A stretch of 64,000 nt of DNA, taken from contig JAHRHZ010000065.1 of assembly GCA_024137785.1 (NCBI GenBank), positions 24,914,911 to 24,978,910 on the forward strand, in the 5' to 3' direction. The position numbers were made by a program, and so were the translations under genes. Position 1 is the stretch's first letter. The number at the start of each line of letters is the position of its first letter. The stretch is from Ginglymostoma cirratum (taxonomy: Eukaryota). Shown piece after piece: positions 26,382 to 39,404 of the stretch. The notes below the pieces were generated by a model. That model searched no databases, had not been told where the DNA came from, and worked only from the letters and a program-made list of their open reading frames with translations.

Positions 26382-28955
26382 CAGAGATAGCAAGAACTGC
26401 AGTTGCTGGAGTCAGAGAAAACACAGTATAGAACTGGAGGAACACAGCAGGCCAGGCAGCAAAGGAGTAGGAAAGCTCACGTTTCGGTTCAGGACCTTTC
26501 TTCAGAAATGGGGAGGGGGAAGGGAGCTCAAAAGACAAAGAGAAAGGAGGGGTTGGGCCGCAGAATGTAGGTGGGATGGTGATAGGTGAGTGCAGGTAGG
26601 CAGTGGTGGGGGTTGGTTAGTGGAATGAGTGAGGAGGATAGGTGGGAGAGAAGACGGACAGGTTGTAGTGGGTCAAAGGAGGTGGCGTTAAGAGGGAGGG
26701 TTGGACACAGGACGAGGCCGGGTTGGGGAGATTTTAAAACAGGTGAATTCCACATTTGGGCCATCGGGCTATAGGCTCCCAAGGCGGAATATGAGGTGTT
26801 GCTCTTTCAATGTGCGGGTGGTGTCATTGTGACACTGGAGGAGGCCCAGGATGGACATATCACCCAGCGAGTGGGGGCGGGGAGTAAAAATGGTTGGTGA
26901 CCGAAAGGTGTTGTTTTTTGTCATGTACAGAGCACAGATGCTCTACAAAACAGTCCCCGAGTCTATGATTGGTCTCACTGATGTAGGGGAGGCCACATAG
27001 GGAGCAACGGACACAGTTACAGATACAGGATTTACTCCAACTTGGAGGTGAACACCTGTTCAATATGAAAAGTTTGCTTTGGGCCTGGGATGGCGGTGAG
27101 GGGGGAGGTATGGGGAAGGTGTAACACTTCCTGTAGTTGCAGAAAAGGTGCTGAGTGTGGTGGGGTTAGTGGGGAGTGTGGACTGGACGAGGGGGTCGCA
27201 GAGCAAGTGGCCCCTACGAAAGGCAGATAGGGGTGAGGAGGGAAATATCTCTGGCCGTGGGGTTAGATTTTAGGTGGCAGAAATGGCAGAGAAGATGCGG
27301 AGGTTGGTGAGGTGGTATGTGAGAACCAGGGGGCTGCTGCATTTATTTATGCTGGAGGGAGGGGATGTGAGGGCAAAAGTGCGGGAAATGCAAGAGATGC
27401 GGTTGAGGGCATTTTCGATCACCCAAGGGAAGGGGGGGTTGCATGGGGTGGTAGGAGGTGGTCCTTGAAATAGGAGGACATCTGGGATGTTCGGGAGTGG
27501 AACGCCCCATCTTGGGAGCGGATGCGATGGAGGCAGAGGAATTGGGAGTAGGGAATCGCATTCTTGCGGGATGGTGGGTGGGAGGTGGTATAGTCCTGGT
27601 AGCTAAGGAAGTCGGTGGGCTTGAAATAGACGTTGGTGTTGAGGCGGTTACCGGAGATGGAGATGGAGAGGGAGAGGGGAGGGAGGTATTGGAGATGGTC
27701 CAGCTGAATTTGAGGTTGGGGTGAAAGGCGTTAGTAAAGTCAATGAACTGTCCAAGCTCCTTGTGGGAGCACGAGACACACCGATACAGTCATCCATGTA
27801 GCAGAGGAAGAGGTGGGGTATAGGGCCAGTGTAGCTGCGGAAGAGGGACTGTTCCACGTATCCAATGAAGAGGCAGGTATAGCTTGGGCCCATGTGGGTA
27901 CCCATGGCCACCCCCTTAGTCTGTAGGAAGTGGGAGGAGTTAAAGGAGAAGTTGTTCAGGGTATGGGCAAGTTCTGTTAAGTGGATGAGGGTGTCGGTGG
28001 AGGGGGATGGATTGGGCCTGCAGGAGAGTAAGAAGCGGAGGGCTTTTCGGCCATCTGCATTGGGAATGCAAGTATACAGGGACTGCATGTCCGTAGTGAA
28101 GATGAGGTGTTGGGGGCCAGGGAACTGGAAGTCTTGGAGGAGGTGGAGGGTGAGTGGTGTCCCGGACGTAGGTGGGGAGTTCCTGGGAGGCGTTAGAAGA
28201 CAGCATCAACGTAAGCGGAGATGAGCTCAGTGGGCAGGAGCAGGCAGAGACAATGGGTCAGCTGGGGCAGTCAGGTTTGTGGATTTTGGGAAGGAGATAG
28301 AAACAGGCGGTGCGGGGTTGGGGAACGATGAGGTTGGAGGCTGTGGGTGGGAGGTCTCCTGAGGTGATGAGGTTATGAATGGTCTGAGAGACAATGGTTT
28401 GGTGGTCAGGGGTGGGGTCATAATTGAGGGCCAGTAGGAGGTGCTGTCAGAGAATTGGCACCTGGCCTCGGCAATGTAAAGGTCAGTGTGCCATACCACA
28501 ACTGCCACCTCATTATCCATGGGTTTGATAGTGATGTTAGGGTTTGAGCGGAGGACTGTGCGTCCCATGGAGGGAAAGGTTGGAGTGAGTGAGAGGGGTG
28601 GAGACATTGAGGTGACCGATGTCACGATGGCAATTGGAAATGAAGAGGTCGAGGGAGGGTAGGAGGCTGTGGGGTGGTGTCCAAGAGAACGGGGTGTGCT
28701 GGAGGGAGGAGAAGGTGTCTGTAGAGGGTGGGTTAGACTCCCTGTCAAAGAAATAGGTGCGGAGATGGTGGAAAAGAGTTCGACATCCAAACGTGTACGA
28801 AATTCATCGATCTGTGGGCTCGGGGAATAAAGGCGAGCCCTTTGCTGAGGACTGTCTGTTCGTCCTCAGTGAGGGGGAGGTCTGGGGGGATGGTGAAGAC
28901 CCAGCAGGGCCTGGGTGTACGGCTGGTGTCGGAAGTGGTGGCGGCGGGAGTGCTG
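26382..28955 (-). mobile_element. Penelope-like retroelement (RT plus GIY-YIG pseudogene, pLTR with hammerhead)
   Basis: RT ORF 27648-28088 QSLYTCIP...NNFSFNSSHFLQTKGVAMGTHMGPSY...YMDD, NITIKPMD motif in ORF 28227-28790, and GIY-YIG CSLCGLPYISETNHRLGDCFVEHL. 8-bp TSD TCATCATT (26374-26381, 28956-28963) splits the host LINE LDLI|TNLP. Confidence 0.93.
26478..26505 (-). ncRNA. Hammerhead ribozyme motif in the pLTR of the long Penelope
   Basis: Minus strand reads CTGAAGA-AAGGTCCTGAACC-GAAAC-GTG. The triplet is GTG rather than NTH, so it is probably inactive. Confidence 0.55.
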
Positions 28956-29344
28956 TCATCATTACCAATCTGCCAGCTGCAGATGCATCTGTCCATGACC
29001 GTGTCAGTAAGTGACAACTCCACAAACTTTGCGGAGACGGAGTCCCATCTTCAAATTGAGAATACCATCAATTGTGTTGTGGGCACTACCACTGTCTTAA
29101 ATTGGACAGACTTCAAACAGATCTAGAAACTCAAAACTGGACATCCATGAGACGTGTGGGCCATCAACAGCGGCAGAAACTACTCCGCACAAACTATAAC
29201 CTCATGGCCCAGCATATCCCCCACTCAACCATTACTATTAAACCACGGGATCAACCCTGGTTCAATGAAGAGTGCAGGAGGGCATGCCAGGAGCAGCACC
29301 CGGCATACCTGAAGATAAGGTATCAACCTGGTGAGGCTACCAAA

Positions 29345-29548
29345 CTGTCAATGCAGTGTGGAGCTGGAAGGACACAGTAAGTCAGGCAGCATCAGAGGAA
29401 CAGGAGAGACCACGTTTTGGGTTTACATGCTTCATAGGGATAAAACGTGGTCTTTCCTGCTCTTCTGATGCTGCCTGACCTGCTGTGTTCCTCCAGCTCC
29501 ATACTGTATTGGCTCTGACTCCAGCACCTGCAGTTCTTACCATCTCCA
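29345..29548. repeat. Fold-back unit built from two inverted pLTR tails
   Basis: 65-bp arms 29354-29418 and 29442-29506 are near reverse complements, separated by a 23-bp spacer. Confidence 0.85.
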
Positions 29549-29905
29549 AAGTATCAAGCAGTACTACTTGCGTGCCAAAAAGCATTAGAGCTAAGCAGTC
29601 CCAAACCAACAGATCAGATCCAAGCTCTGCAGTGCGGCCACATCCAGTTGTGAATGGCGGTGGACAATATAGCAACCCACTGGAGAAGGCGGCTCCACAA
29701 ATATCTCCATCCTCAATACTAGAAGAGTCCAATACATCAGTGCAAAAGATAAGGCTGAAGCATTCACAATCTTCAGCCAGAAGTGCCAAGTGGAGGATCC
29801 ACCTTGGCCTCTTCCAGTGGGCCTCAGCACTACAGATACCAGTCTTCAGCCAATTCAATATCAAGAAATAGTTGGAAGCATTTGACGCTGCAAAGGCTAT
29901 GGGTC

Positions 29906-30232
29906 ATAGATCATAGGATTCCTACAGCGTAGAAACAGGCCCTTCAGCCCAACAAGTCCACACCAACCATCAGAGCATCCCACCCAGATCCATCCCCCTT
30001 TAACCCACCTAATCTGCACATCCCTGAACATTATGGGCAATTTAGCATGGCCAATCCACCTAGCCTGCACATCTTTGGACTGTTGGAGGAAACCAGAGCA
30101 CCCAGAGGAAACCCACGCAGAGACTGGGAGAATGTGCAAATTCCACACAGACAGTCACCCAAGGGTGGAATCAAATCCAGGTCCCAGGGGCTCTGAGGCA
30201 GCAGTGCTAATCACTGAGCCACCGTGCCGCCC
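29906..30232 (-). mobile_element. HE1-like V-SINE
   Basis: Reverse complement of GGCGGCACGGTGGCTCAGTG...GTGTGGAATTTGCACATTCTCCC...CAGTCCAAAGATGTGCAGG. Confidence 0.92.
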
Positions 30233-33208
30233 CATTCCAAAAATAGCACTGGAGAATTGTGCTCCACTAGTCAAACTCTGCCAGTACAGTGACAACATTC
30301 ATATTGACCCAACAATGTGGAAAATTGCCAGGACAAATCCACCCCGGCCGATTACCGGCCAACAGTCTACTCTTGATCACCAGGAAAGTGATGAACGATG
30401 TCGTCAACAGTGTGATCAAATAGCACCTTCTCAGCAATAACCTGCTCAGTGACGCTCTGTTTAAGTTCCACCAGGGCCACTTAGCTCCTGACTTCATTAC
30501 AGCCTTGGTTCAAACATGGTCAAAAGAGCCAAATTCCTGAAGGGAAGTGAGAGTGACAGCCCTTGACATTAAGGCTGCACTCAACCGAATATGACATCAA
30601 AGAGCCCAAGCAATACTGAAATCAATGGGTATGAGGGGAAACTCTCTGCTGGTTGGACTTATATCTGGCACAAAGGAAGATGGTCATGGCTGTTGGAGGT
30701 CAGTCATCTCAGCTCCATGGCATCTGTGCAGGAATTCCTCAGAGTAGTACCCTAGACCCAACCATCTTAGCTGCTTCATCAATGACCTTCCCTCCATCAT
30801 AAAGGTCAGAGGTGGGAATATTCGCCAATGATTGCACAATGTTCAGCACCATTCATGACTCCTCAGATACTGAAGCAGCCTGTGTTCAAATGCAACAAGA
30901 TCTTGACAATATCCAGGCTTGGGCTGACAAGTGACATTCACATCACACAAACACCGGCTATGACCATCACCAATAAGATACAATCTAACCACCACCCCTT
31001 GACATTCAGTCATGTTACCATCAGTCAATTCCCCATAATCAACATCCTGGAGGTTATCATTGGCCAGAAACTCAACAGGTCCTGTCATATAAACAGTGGC
31101 TACAAGAGCAAATCAGAGGCTAGGAATACTGAGGCGAGTAACTTACCTCCTGACTCCCTGAAGCCTGCCATCAAGTACAAGGCCTAAGTGAGGAGTGTGA
31201 AGAGATATTCCCCACTTGTCTGCATGGGTGCAGCTCCAACAACATCCAGGACAAAGCAGCCCACTTGACTGGCAACACATCCGCAAACATCCACTCCCTC
31301 CACCAATAACACTCAATAGCAGCAGTGTGTACTATCTACAAGATGCACTGCAGAAATTTAGATCCTTAGGCAGCATCTTCCAAACTCACAATCCATTTTC
31401 ATCCTGGAGGACAAGAGCAGATATGTGGGAACACCACCACCTTTTAAGTTCCTCTCCAAGCCACTCAAAGCCCTGACTTAGAAATATATCACTTTGCCTT
31501 CGCTGTCACTGGGTCAAAATCTTGGAATACCTTCCCTAGTGGCATTGTAGGTCAACCCACAGGAGGTCGACTGCAGCAGTTAAAGAAGGCAACTCACCAC
31601 CACCTTCTCAAGGGCAACTAGAGATAGACATTTAATGCTGGACAGCTAGCGACACCCACATCCCACGAATGAGAAAAAGTAAAAGCAGGATCCTGCATCA
31701 ACAGGTGCTGGTCTTTGCTGAAAGTTTTGAAGGGTTTTGTTCTGAACACAGGTGTCTGAAAAATCCAAATATAATCCTCATCTGATGAGTTAGGGTGGAG
31801 TCGAAACAATTCCCTAAGCTGCCAAGTTCTCACCTCCCTGGCCTTGGTTAGATCCAGAAGATCAATATACCCAAAAGGGAACAAGTGGATTCCAAGCCAC
31901 TTTGGGCACGATGTGGATCCCTGATAACAAAGGTAGACTTTTCTTTAAAAAATCTCCTTCACAACTGCACAAAAGTTTCTCCAAAGATGAAGAAACCAAG
32001 CACAGAAGATGGAATACGAGCGATTTTATAGCCTGGAGGTTAAGTCTTGACTTTGAGTCATACAGACAATTTCAATTTTCTTCTAAATTAAAATCTGTCA
32101 CATTGGGGTTGGGACATTACAGGGCACCAGCTGTTGGTAACTGATCCAAACATGTAATCCAGCAGTTTAGGCCAAAATCTTGTCTGTATGGCAATCAAGC
32201 CTTCCTATTCATTGAAAATAATGGTCAATGAGGTGTCTCAGTGGTTTAGGTTTTGAGATCCTGTATCCACAACCAATCAGCGATGGCACAATCAGAAACA
32301 ACGCTATTTGGTCTTTCTTTCATTTTCTCCACTCAACCCTGTTATCTTGAAAAGTCCTAAGTGACACCAAGTTCCAGACATGCGTGTTTGTGGCTCTTGA
32401 CTTCATGCCTGGTCATTCATCAAGTGCAGACCTGGGTAATTAGCACTGACAAGCTCTTCAATAAAGAAGACGAACACAGTTGAATCCAACCATCTTTATC
32501 CAGAATCCAAACGCAGCAGGACGGCTAGGGAAACCTTGAAAATATCTTCCTTCATTAGACCTGGAACCTGAAGGCTAACTGAAACCATTCTATTGCCACT
32601 GTGGGAAATATCAGTATGAATGTTTCAAGCTTAATTCACAAACTTAAAATGCAAACACTGAAGGAAGACAGCACCATACTTGATACAGTTTCTTTTACAA
32701 TCTCCAGCCATACAGCAGGCCAGGCACAAACATGTTTCGTGCCTAGCTGACAGGTAGTGAGATTTGCCTGGGAGTGATAGACAAGGTTATATTTCTTCCT
32801 TCCAGAGAAAAGGTTAGTTCCAATTGGGTAACACACCCAAAGACGCAGAGCACCCTCGGTAAAACTAACCGAATGACCTATTCTGAATGAATATTCTCCA
32901 ATTAAAGTAACTGCGAAACTTTAGCAAATAAGCTGAGCTTCACCAGTTGTTAAAACACTGTTGGCACACAATATGTTTACAGAATACTACATTTCAATTA
33001 GATATATTTCAAGTGCAATGCCCAAAAATATGGTTAACTTACTTTTTGAAGACTTTACATCATTTGGGTTCCAAAACATACACACCAAACCCAAATACTT
33101 TTGGCAGGAAACTATTTGAAAAGGCTCAAATCCAACATTTTATGACACTGCTTGTGCACGAAGTTTCACAGGAACTACACGTTAAAACCCTCACACGTCA
33201 TCTGTGAT

Positions 33209-33222
33209 GTTACCATGGCAGA
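33209..33222. promoter_or_regulatory. Imperfect RFX X-box-like motif
   Basis: GTTACCATGGCAGA compared with consensus GTTnCCATGGnAAC. The last two bases deviate. Confidence 0.25.
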
Positions 33223-33359
33223 TAAACTAAGAATTATCATACTTGCCAAACTTGATTTGTAGAGGGAGTTCCAGTTTGCTGAAGTCAGAAGGGATAAATC
33301 ATTAAAATCAACAGCAATAACACACAGAAAACAAATGAGATCTGTTAAAGTGATAGAAA

Positions 33360-33535
33360 AATGAAATAAAAATAGAAAACACTGGAAACATTCAGAAGGT
33401 CAGGCAGCATCTGTGAATGGAGGAAGATACAGTTAACAATTTTTGAAGAAAGGTCATCAGTCTGAAACGTTAACCCTAACTTTTCTGTACAGATGGTACT
33501 TGACTAGATGAATGTTCCTAGTATTTTCTGTTTCC
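33360..33535. repeat. Degenerate fold-back pLTR unit with central hammerhead-like motif
   Basis: Arms gaaaacactggaaacattcagaaggtcaggcagcatctgt and acagatggtacttgactagatgaatgttcctagtattttc. Centre TTGAAGAAAGGTCATCAGTCTGAAACGTTAAC. Confidence 0.7.
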
Positions 33536-33954
33536 CTGTTAGACTCCTTTTGGCTGAAGCATCACATGCAGTTCACTTTATATGAGGCACAATTTTAGAA
33601 ATTCAATCTTAAAATTAGCAGGATTTTTCCAGCTCAGAGCAGTGAAGTTCATGAATTTTGTATTTTGCCATTGTATGTGAACAGAACATAACGTGCAGAA
33701 ACTCACTCAGCATTTGGACACAAATGAATATTATGGGCATTTAAACTGCGCAGGAACTTTGGAACAGTAAAGTTACTTTTGCCATTATCATGTCAAATGA
33801 GAGTTAGGCATTTACAATAATCATTTTATCCAGATAGCCTCATGTTGAGCTAAAACCTTTGAAGTTGCAGTTGCTTCTTGCTTTATGATTAAGTACACTA
33901 ATCATATTTTTTTCTATAGTCTTTATCAAAGACAGAAATAGTGATAGGCCATGG

Positions 33955-35535
33955 TGATAGGGAAGGGAACAAAATTTATAGAGTAGCAGTGTTTGAATGA
34001 CAGTTGGTACTTAAGGTTGACAAGTCACTGGTGCCAGATGCTATGCGCCTAAGGATTTTGAGAAAAGTGAGGCGGGGGAGGGGGGTGGTGAAATTGCAGG
34101 GGCGCTATCCATCATCTTTCAGTCTTTCAAGGTAGATTCAAGAAACCAGAAGACTGGAAAATTGCAAATATTACAGCCTTCTTCAAGAATGGTCTGTAAT
34201 TGCTGGCCTTATCCTCGTAACTTGTCAGTTTAACTTCAGTGGTGGGGAAGTTTCTAAAGACAATTATTTGGGGTAGAGTCACGTGGGTTGATTAGCAAGA
34301 GCCAGCATGGATCTCTAAAGAAGAAACCATGTTTAACTAATTTGCTGGAGTTTTTTTGAGCAGTAACAGAAAGGCTCGGCAAGGGTAATACAGTTGAAGT
34401 AGTGCATTTGAATTTTCAGAAAGCATTTGACACAGTGCCGCACAACAGACTTATGAGGAAAGTTACAGGTCATGGAATAAAAGGGTCAGTAGCAACATGG
34501 ATAAAAAATTGGCTGAGTGATAAGAAACACAGAAATGGTCAATGAATATCCTTTGGTTGAGAGGAAGGTTCATACTCTTATTCGCCACGGACAAAATTGG
34601 GACACTTGCTTTTCCTGATAAACAATAGTAATTTAGTCCTTGGTGTGTAGGGATCAAAGTTTACAGATGACACAAAACTTGGGTGAACTATAAAGTAGAG
34701 GACAGTATGGAACTCCAGAAGGACATAGAAAAGTTGGTAGACAGAGCAGATAGGTGGCAGATGAATTCCAATGCAGAGAAGTATGAGGTGATGCACTTTG
34801 GAAGGAAAAGTATTGAATGACAATACAAAATAGAGGTACAAATCCAAAGAGGGTGCAAGACCAGAGGCACCCAGGTACATGTGTGCACAGATCATTGAAG
34901 ATAGCAGGCATACAGAATCTTTGGCTTCATTAACAGGGCATAGAGTACAAGAGCAAGGAGGTAATATCAACCTTGTGTAAAAAACTTGTTAGAACTCAGC
35001 CAGGGTATTATGTACAGTTCTGGGTGCCACATTATAGCAAGGAGATGACATAGTGGAGAGAGTGCAGAAGCAGTTTACAAGAATGCTCCCAGGAATGAGA
35101 AACTTCAATTATAAGGCAGAGTTGGAACTGTTCTCCTTGGAGAGAAGAGGGCTAAGAGGAGAGCTGATACAAGTTTTCAAAATCATGAGTGAGCTGGACA
35201 GCGTACATAGGAAGAAACTGCTCCAGCTTGTAAAAAGAACAAGGGGACACAGAATTAAAGTCATCTACAAAAAGGGCAAAGGTGAAGTGAGGAAAAGCTT
35301 TTTCATTTTGGCAAGTGGTTAGCATATGGAATTCACTGTCCGGAAGTATGGTGGAGGCATATTCGATTGAGACACTAAGAGAGCATTGAATGATTATTTG
35401 GATAAAAATAATTTGCAAGGAAATGGGGAAAGAGCAGGAGTTGGCATCATGTAATACTGCTCACTTACTGAGCCAGTGCAGGCACGATGGGTTGAATGGT
35501 CTTCTCCTGCACTGTAGTATTTCTGTGACTCTGTG
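33955..35535 (+). mobile_element. CR1-like LINE (RT and 3' end)
   Basis: agccagcatgga...tgtttaactaatttgctggag...aaagcatttgacacagtgcc, aagtttacagatgacacaaaactt (KFTDDTKL), and ORF 35053 ERVQKQFTRMLPGM. Confidence 0.9.
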
Positions 35536-36882
35536 CTTTTTTCAAAAATAGTATCATGGGACTTGGTAAAGCAAGTTCACACTTAATTTAAGGTTGCTGC
35601 AGAGGCCTTTTCAGACCTTCAAAATGTGCTTTGGATGCCCTTTGAACTCTACTTTTAAAAAGGAAAAATTGTTCCCTGGATTCCCAGCAAAAAAAAAAAA
35701 AATCCAGGTCTGGAAAGGGAATATTTTAAATTTAAAATTAAAATGTACACATTACTTGTTTTTAAAAGTTTTCACTATCATTTATGATACAATGAAGCTC
35801 TTGTTAGTCATGTTACAGTTTAAGTACCATGACAACTGATATATTCCGATTTCTTTACTGGATGCAGGATTTCTCTAATTCTCAACAGCTGTTGAATGAT
35901 ATCAATTGCATCCAAGGATTTTCCATTTGATGAACATTGAGATTTGTTTTAACGGTTACATTTATCTCATCATATGCTCTTCTATAACCACGTCTTAAGA
36001 CTTGCCCAGACTCAGCGGCACCACTTTTTCCACAGCCGAAGGAGCTAAAACACATCACATGAAATTTTCAAACTAACTAAACCAACAGAGCGACATTGGT
36101 GTCAAAATTCCTGAAAGGGAGCGAGCATTAAAAAAAAAGGAAAAAAAGATTTCTGAGTTCAAAAAATGAACACCTCTTCAGATACAAAGCTGTTTCACTG
36201 TTTCAATTTTAACTACTGTCATTTTTACAGTCTTTATAAGAAAGATCTGGCTTAGTTCACCTTTCTCCAATTGTCTATTAATCATTTTATGTATTTTTTT
36301 TTTAAAAAGTTACCATTAGCCCATGTATCATAATTTAAGTAATTCTTTCAATTGCCTAAAATTCTATACCACAGCCCCATTAAAATATACCAGAGGTTTT
36401 GGATGTCACAGGATTTCAATGGATTTACATGTTCCATGAGGACATTTGATTGTACATAGCAGAGAAGGAAGATAGAGTAGAATGAATCATGAAAACAGTG
36501 AACAGATGTTTTACATTTAAAAAGGGCAATTTGTGAGTTACCCTGTTTGTATGGTTTTATATTTTCCAAGTTGAAAAAAGTGCTTGGAGTACATGAATCG
36601 ACACATCCAGAGGCTTTCTAGTAGTATAAGGCGGCAGAAGTCACAGTCCTGTATCTTTGATTACATAGTCATTAAATATCCACGAAAAGTTAATTAATTC
36701 CTTGAATATGTCCCGAGGTATTTGCTTCTTTTTTTGCGACAGTGGTTTTGAAAAGGTTTCCCCACTTCAAATCATTCTACTCCCAAAACTGGTGAATTTG
36801 CATCATCCAGAATGCTCTTTCTGGCCAACATACTCTTGAGCAAACCACTTTTGCCCCCCAAGGTGGTTTGTTACATAGCATA

Positions 36883-37097
36883 AGGATCAGTAGCTCAGGT
36901 GGCCGATGGCTGGTTTGTGCCAGTGTGATGCCAATTGCATGGGTTCAATTTCCTCCATCGGCTAAGGTTATCATGAAGGTCCCACCTTCTCAACTTCACT
37001 GTCTATCTGAAACGTGGTGACCCTCAGGTTAAACTCACCCCTTGTCATCTCTCTCCAATGACAGACCAGCCTTACGGTCCTCTGAGACAATGGTAAG
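36883..37097 (+). mobile_element. tRNA-derived SINE, third family
   Basis: A-box-like tagctcaggtgg and B-box-like gggttcaatttcc. The body is unrelated to the other two SINE families. Confidence 0.55.
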
Positions 37098-37842
37098 TTA
37101 AAATTTTTTAAAATCCATGACATAGCACGAATCAATTCCAACCTCACTTTTCCAGCAAATTTCCTCAGTCATACAACATAAGCCTATTCCAATGTACCTA
37201 ATAATCAGTAACTGCTTTATTACAGTAGTAAAAAATCTTGACCACCAACAATATCCAAATACTGACCAAACGTATGGAAATTGGACATGGCAGCTATGGA
37301 GATACATATGTGTTTCTGTAGATGAAAATTGAAAATAGCAAAGTGTTGGGGAGGAAGGTGGGAGAGGCAGAATATGGAAGACTCAGCAACACAATACTGG
37401 AGAAAGCAAAGCCATTCTTGCAAATTCAGTTCTGGGCCTTTGGTGAATGGGCAGGTGAGCAGGAAGCATACTGTTAGTTCAAGGTAATGCAACAAATCAC
37501 ACTTTACCATGTTGAATGAAGGATGAATGGCTGTTGTACAGCAGCCGCACCATGCCATTTAGGCTGAATTAAACAACTGCAGCTGTGTTTCTTCTATTGT
37601 TTCATTCTGCCTCAAACTGGGGCCAATTCACTGATGCACCTGACACTTTATATACTAGCCCTTCAATCAATCAAGCAAACTCACTACAATCAAGCAATAG
37701 AGATATTTATTGTTTGTTTGTTACTGGTCATTTTATGAGTAGCACTTACAGCAGCGGTGACTGAGAATGAAGAAGGAGCTGCAAACAGCTGTTAAAATGC
37801 CTGCTGGGCTCAGACTGTTTAACAAAGTACTTCTAAAGCATT

Positions 37843-37968
37843 CAGAGATAGCAGGAACTGCAGATGCTGGAAAATCTGAGATAACAAGGTGTAGAGCTGG
37901 ATGAACACAGCAGGCCAAGCAGCATCAGAGGAGCAGGAAGGCTGACGTTTCGGGCCTAGACCCTTCTT
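37843..37968 (-). mobile_element. Solo Penelope pLTR-tail unit
   Basis: Minus strand reads (TT)AAGAAGGGTCTAGGCCCGAAACGTC, flanked by the direct repeat AAGCAT (37836-37841, 37969-37974). Confidence 0.88.
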
Positions 37969-39039
37969 AAGCATGACAGGTTGCTTAATTCATTGAGAGG
38001 TTTGCAAATGATTTTCTACCACATGATGGCAGTGTGATGTGTCCACTAAACTGCACTTCCAATTCGAAATGCACGACAACACCAAGTCATATCTCATTGG
38101 AGATGCAGGAACATGCATTTTTATACACGTCTTGATTGCTCTCACTTATCATCAAGGACTCTGTTCACAATTTCAGCTTCTCAGTGAAGGGACTGATTGA
38201 TGAGTTTGTCAAATTATTTTTAAAATCACCAGCTTCACCAATCTACTCGTGCTTTTTAGTCTCTGGTGAGCAGAACACTGGTATGAACCTCACAAGCTGT
38301 GTTAGATTTTTAAAAAATCTTTGGATGTGGTGTCATTTGATAGGCCAGCATTTATTACCCATCCTTAATCGCCTTTCAAGTGATGGACAGTCCCCTTTTT
38401 TAACTGAAGTCCAGTAGGGCAGGGGTAGGTCCTTTCACATTGCTGTTAAAAACGGAGATCCAAGTTTGAAATGACAGAACACAATGGCACCCTCCCCCTC
38501 TCTATAACATAAAATGTATAGAACCCATACCATTCAGTATCCCACCTATAATGATTTCCCACAAACTAGGAACTGAGTAAAGAATCCGTGAACATGCTGT
38601 GCAATGTGTACGGATATAAAGACAGACCAACTATAGGAAAAAAACCAAAACAAGATGGAGAAGCAGAGAAGAAAGCTAGGATGCAGGTGCATATTCAAAA
38701 TGATAGTGAAAGACAGTAAAGCAAGGAAGAACAGATCACAGGAAGATGATTTTTTTAAAAAAAAGTTAGTTAAACTGCCAGAGTGAATTTGTAAATATAT
38801 TAAGGTTTTGAGTCAAAATGGTTTAGAAATCGAAGTTACTGGAGGGAGCAGATGATAGAGAGGTCTTCTCTCTCCTTGTTAAGATTGTTTAGTTTAGAAG
38901 ATTATAATATTTTGGGACCAAGAGCTTCCGACTTAAGGTAAATGAAAGGAGTCACTTTACTGTTCCAATTGTCGGCAGATCAAAAGGAGGCTTAGGTTGT
39001 TTTACAGAGAGAAAGATGCAAGGTATTTACATTTGAAGA

Positions 39040-39400
39040 CATTGTTCCCAGTTATCGTCAGCTATCTCTCAATTTGAAGATGATGAAGTCTGCATGGGTC
39101 ACATGTTTCTGCTGTGGTTCTCTGTGACTGAACAGGCTAATTTTCAAACCACAGACCTTTCGAAACTTAAGACAGGACAGCCTGCAGAGTTTGAGATCCA
39201 GAGTGCAGGATTGCTTTGTCATTACTCTGTCTCAGCATTAGGATATTTAGACTCAAAGTATGATGCAGTTTGATGGACAAGCTGGCGCCATCTTCAACAA
39301 TTGGAAGCAATCTTACCCTAGTCATTAATGTCAATGCCACCCCACTCCAAGGAGAGTTTGGAGTGTCTTTGTAGTAGTTTCTTTGTCCTTCCTTGTTGGA
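39040..39400 (-). mobile_element. Degenerate RTE-clade LINE 3' end (probable continuation at 40125-40262)
   Basis: Minus strand encodes VCGLKISLFSHREP, resembling the RTE C-terminal C.SRIGL.SH motif. Confidence 0.5.
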
Positions 39401-39404
39401 AGAA

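Larger units (their letters stand above)
25945..31678 (+). mobile_element. Long CR1-superfamily LINE ORF2 copy (family 2) with three nested insertions
   Basis: APE endonuclease remnants (VPDTTVT..YVLSHWQDRPS, YCPPSTDES, GDFN, LDLI) and RT remnants (ALDIKAA, GIPQSSTLDP, CFINDLP). 3' tail caccaccaccttctcaagggcaactag...cacatcccacgaatga. Confidence 0.88.

Noticed and set aside
31782-31807. Hammerhead at CTGATGAGTTAGGGTGGAGTCGAAAC
   Set aside because: Stem II cannot pair beyond one base pair and there is no pLTR context.
35846-36044. Minus-strand exon candidate SFGCGKSGAAESGQVLRRGYRRAYDE...
   Set aside because: The acceptor is plausible, but all frames terminate, there is no good donor and I recognise no homology.
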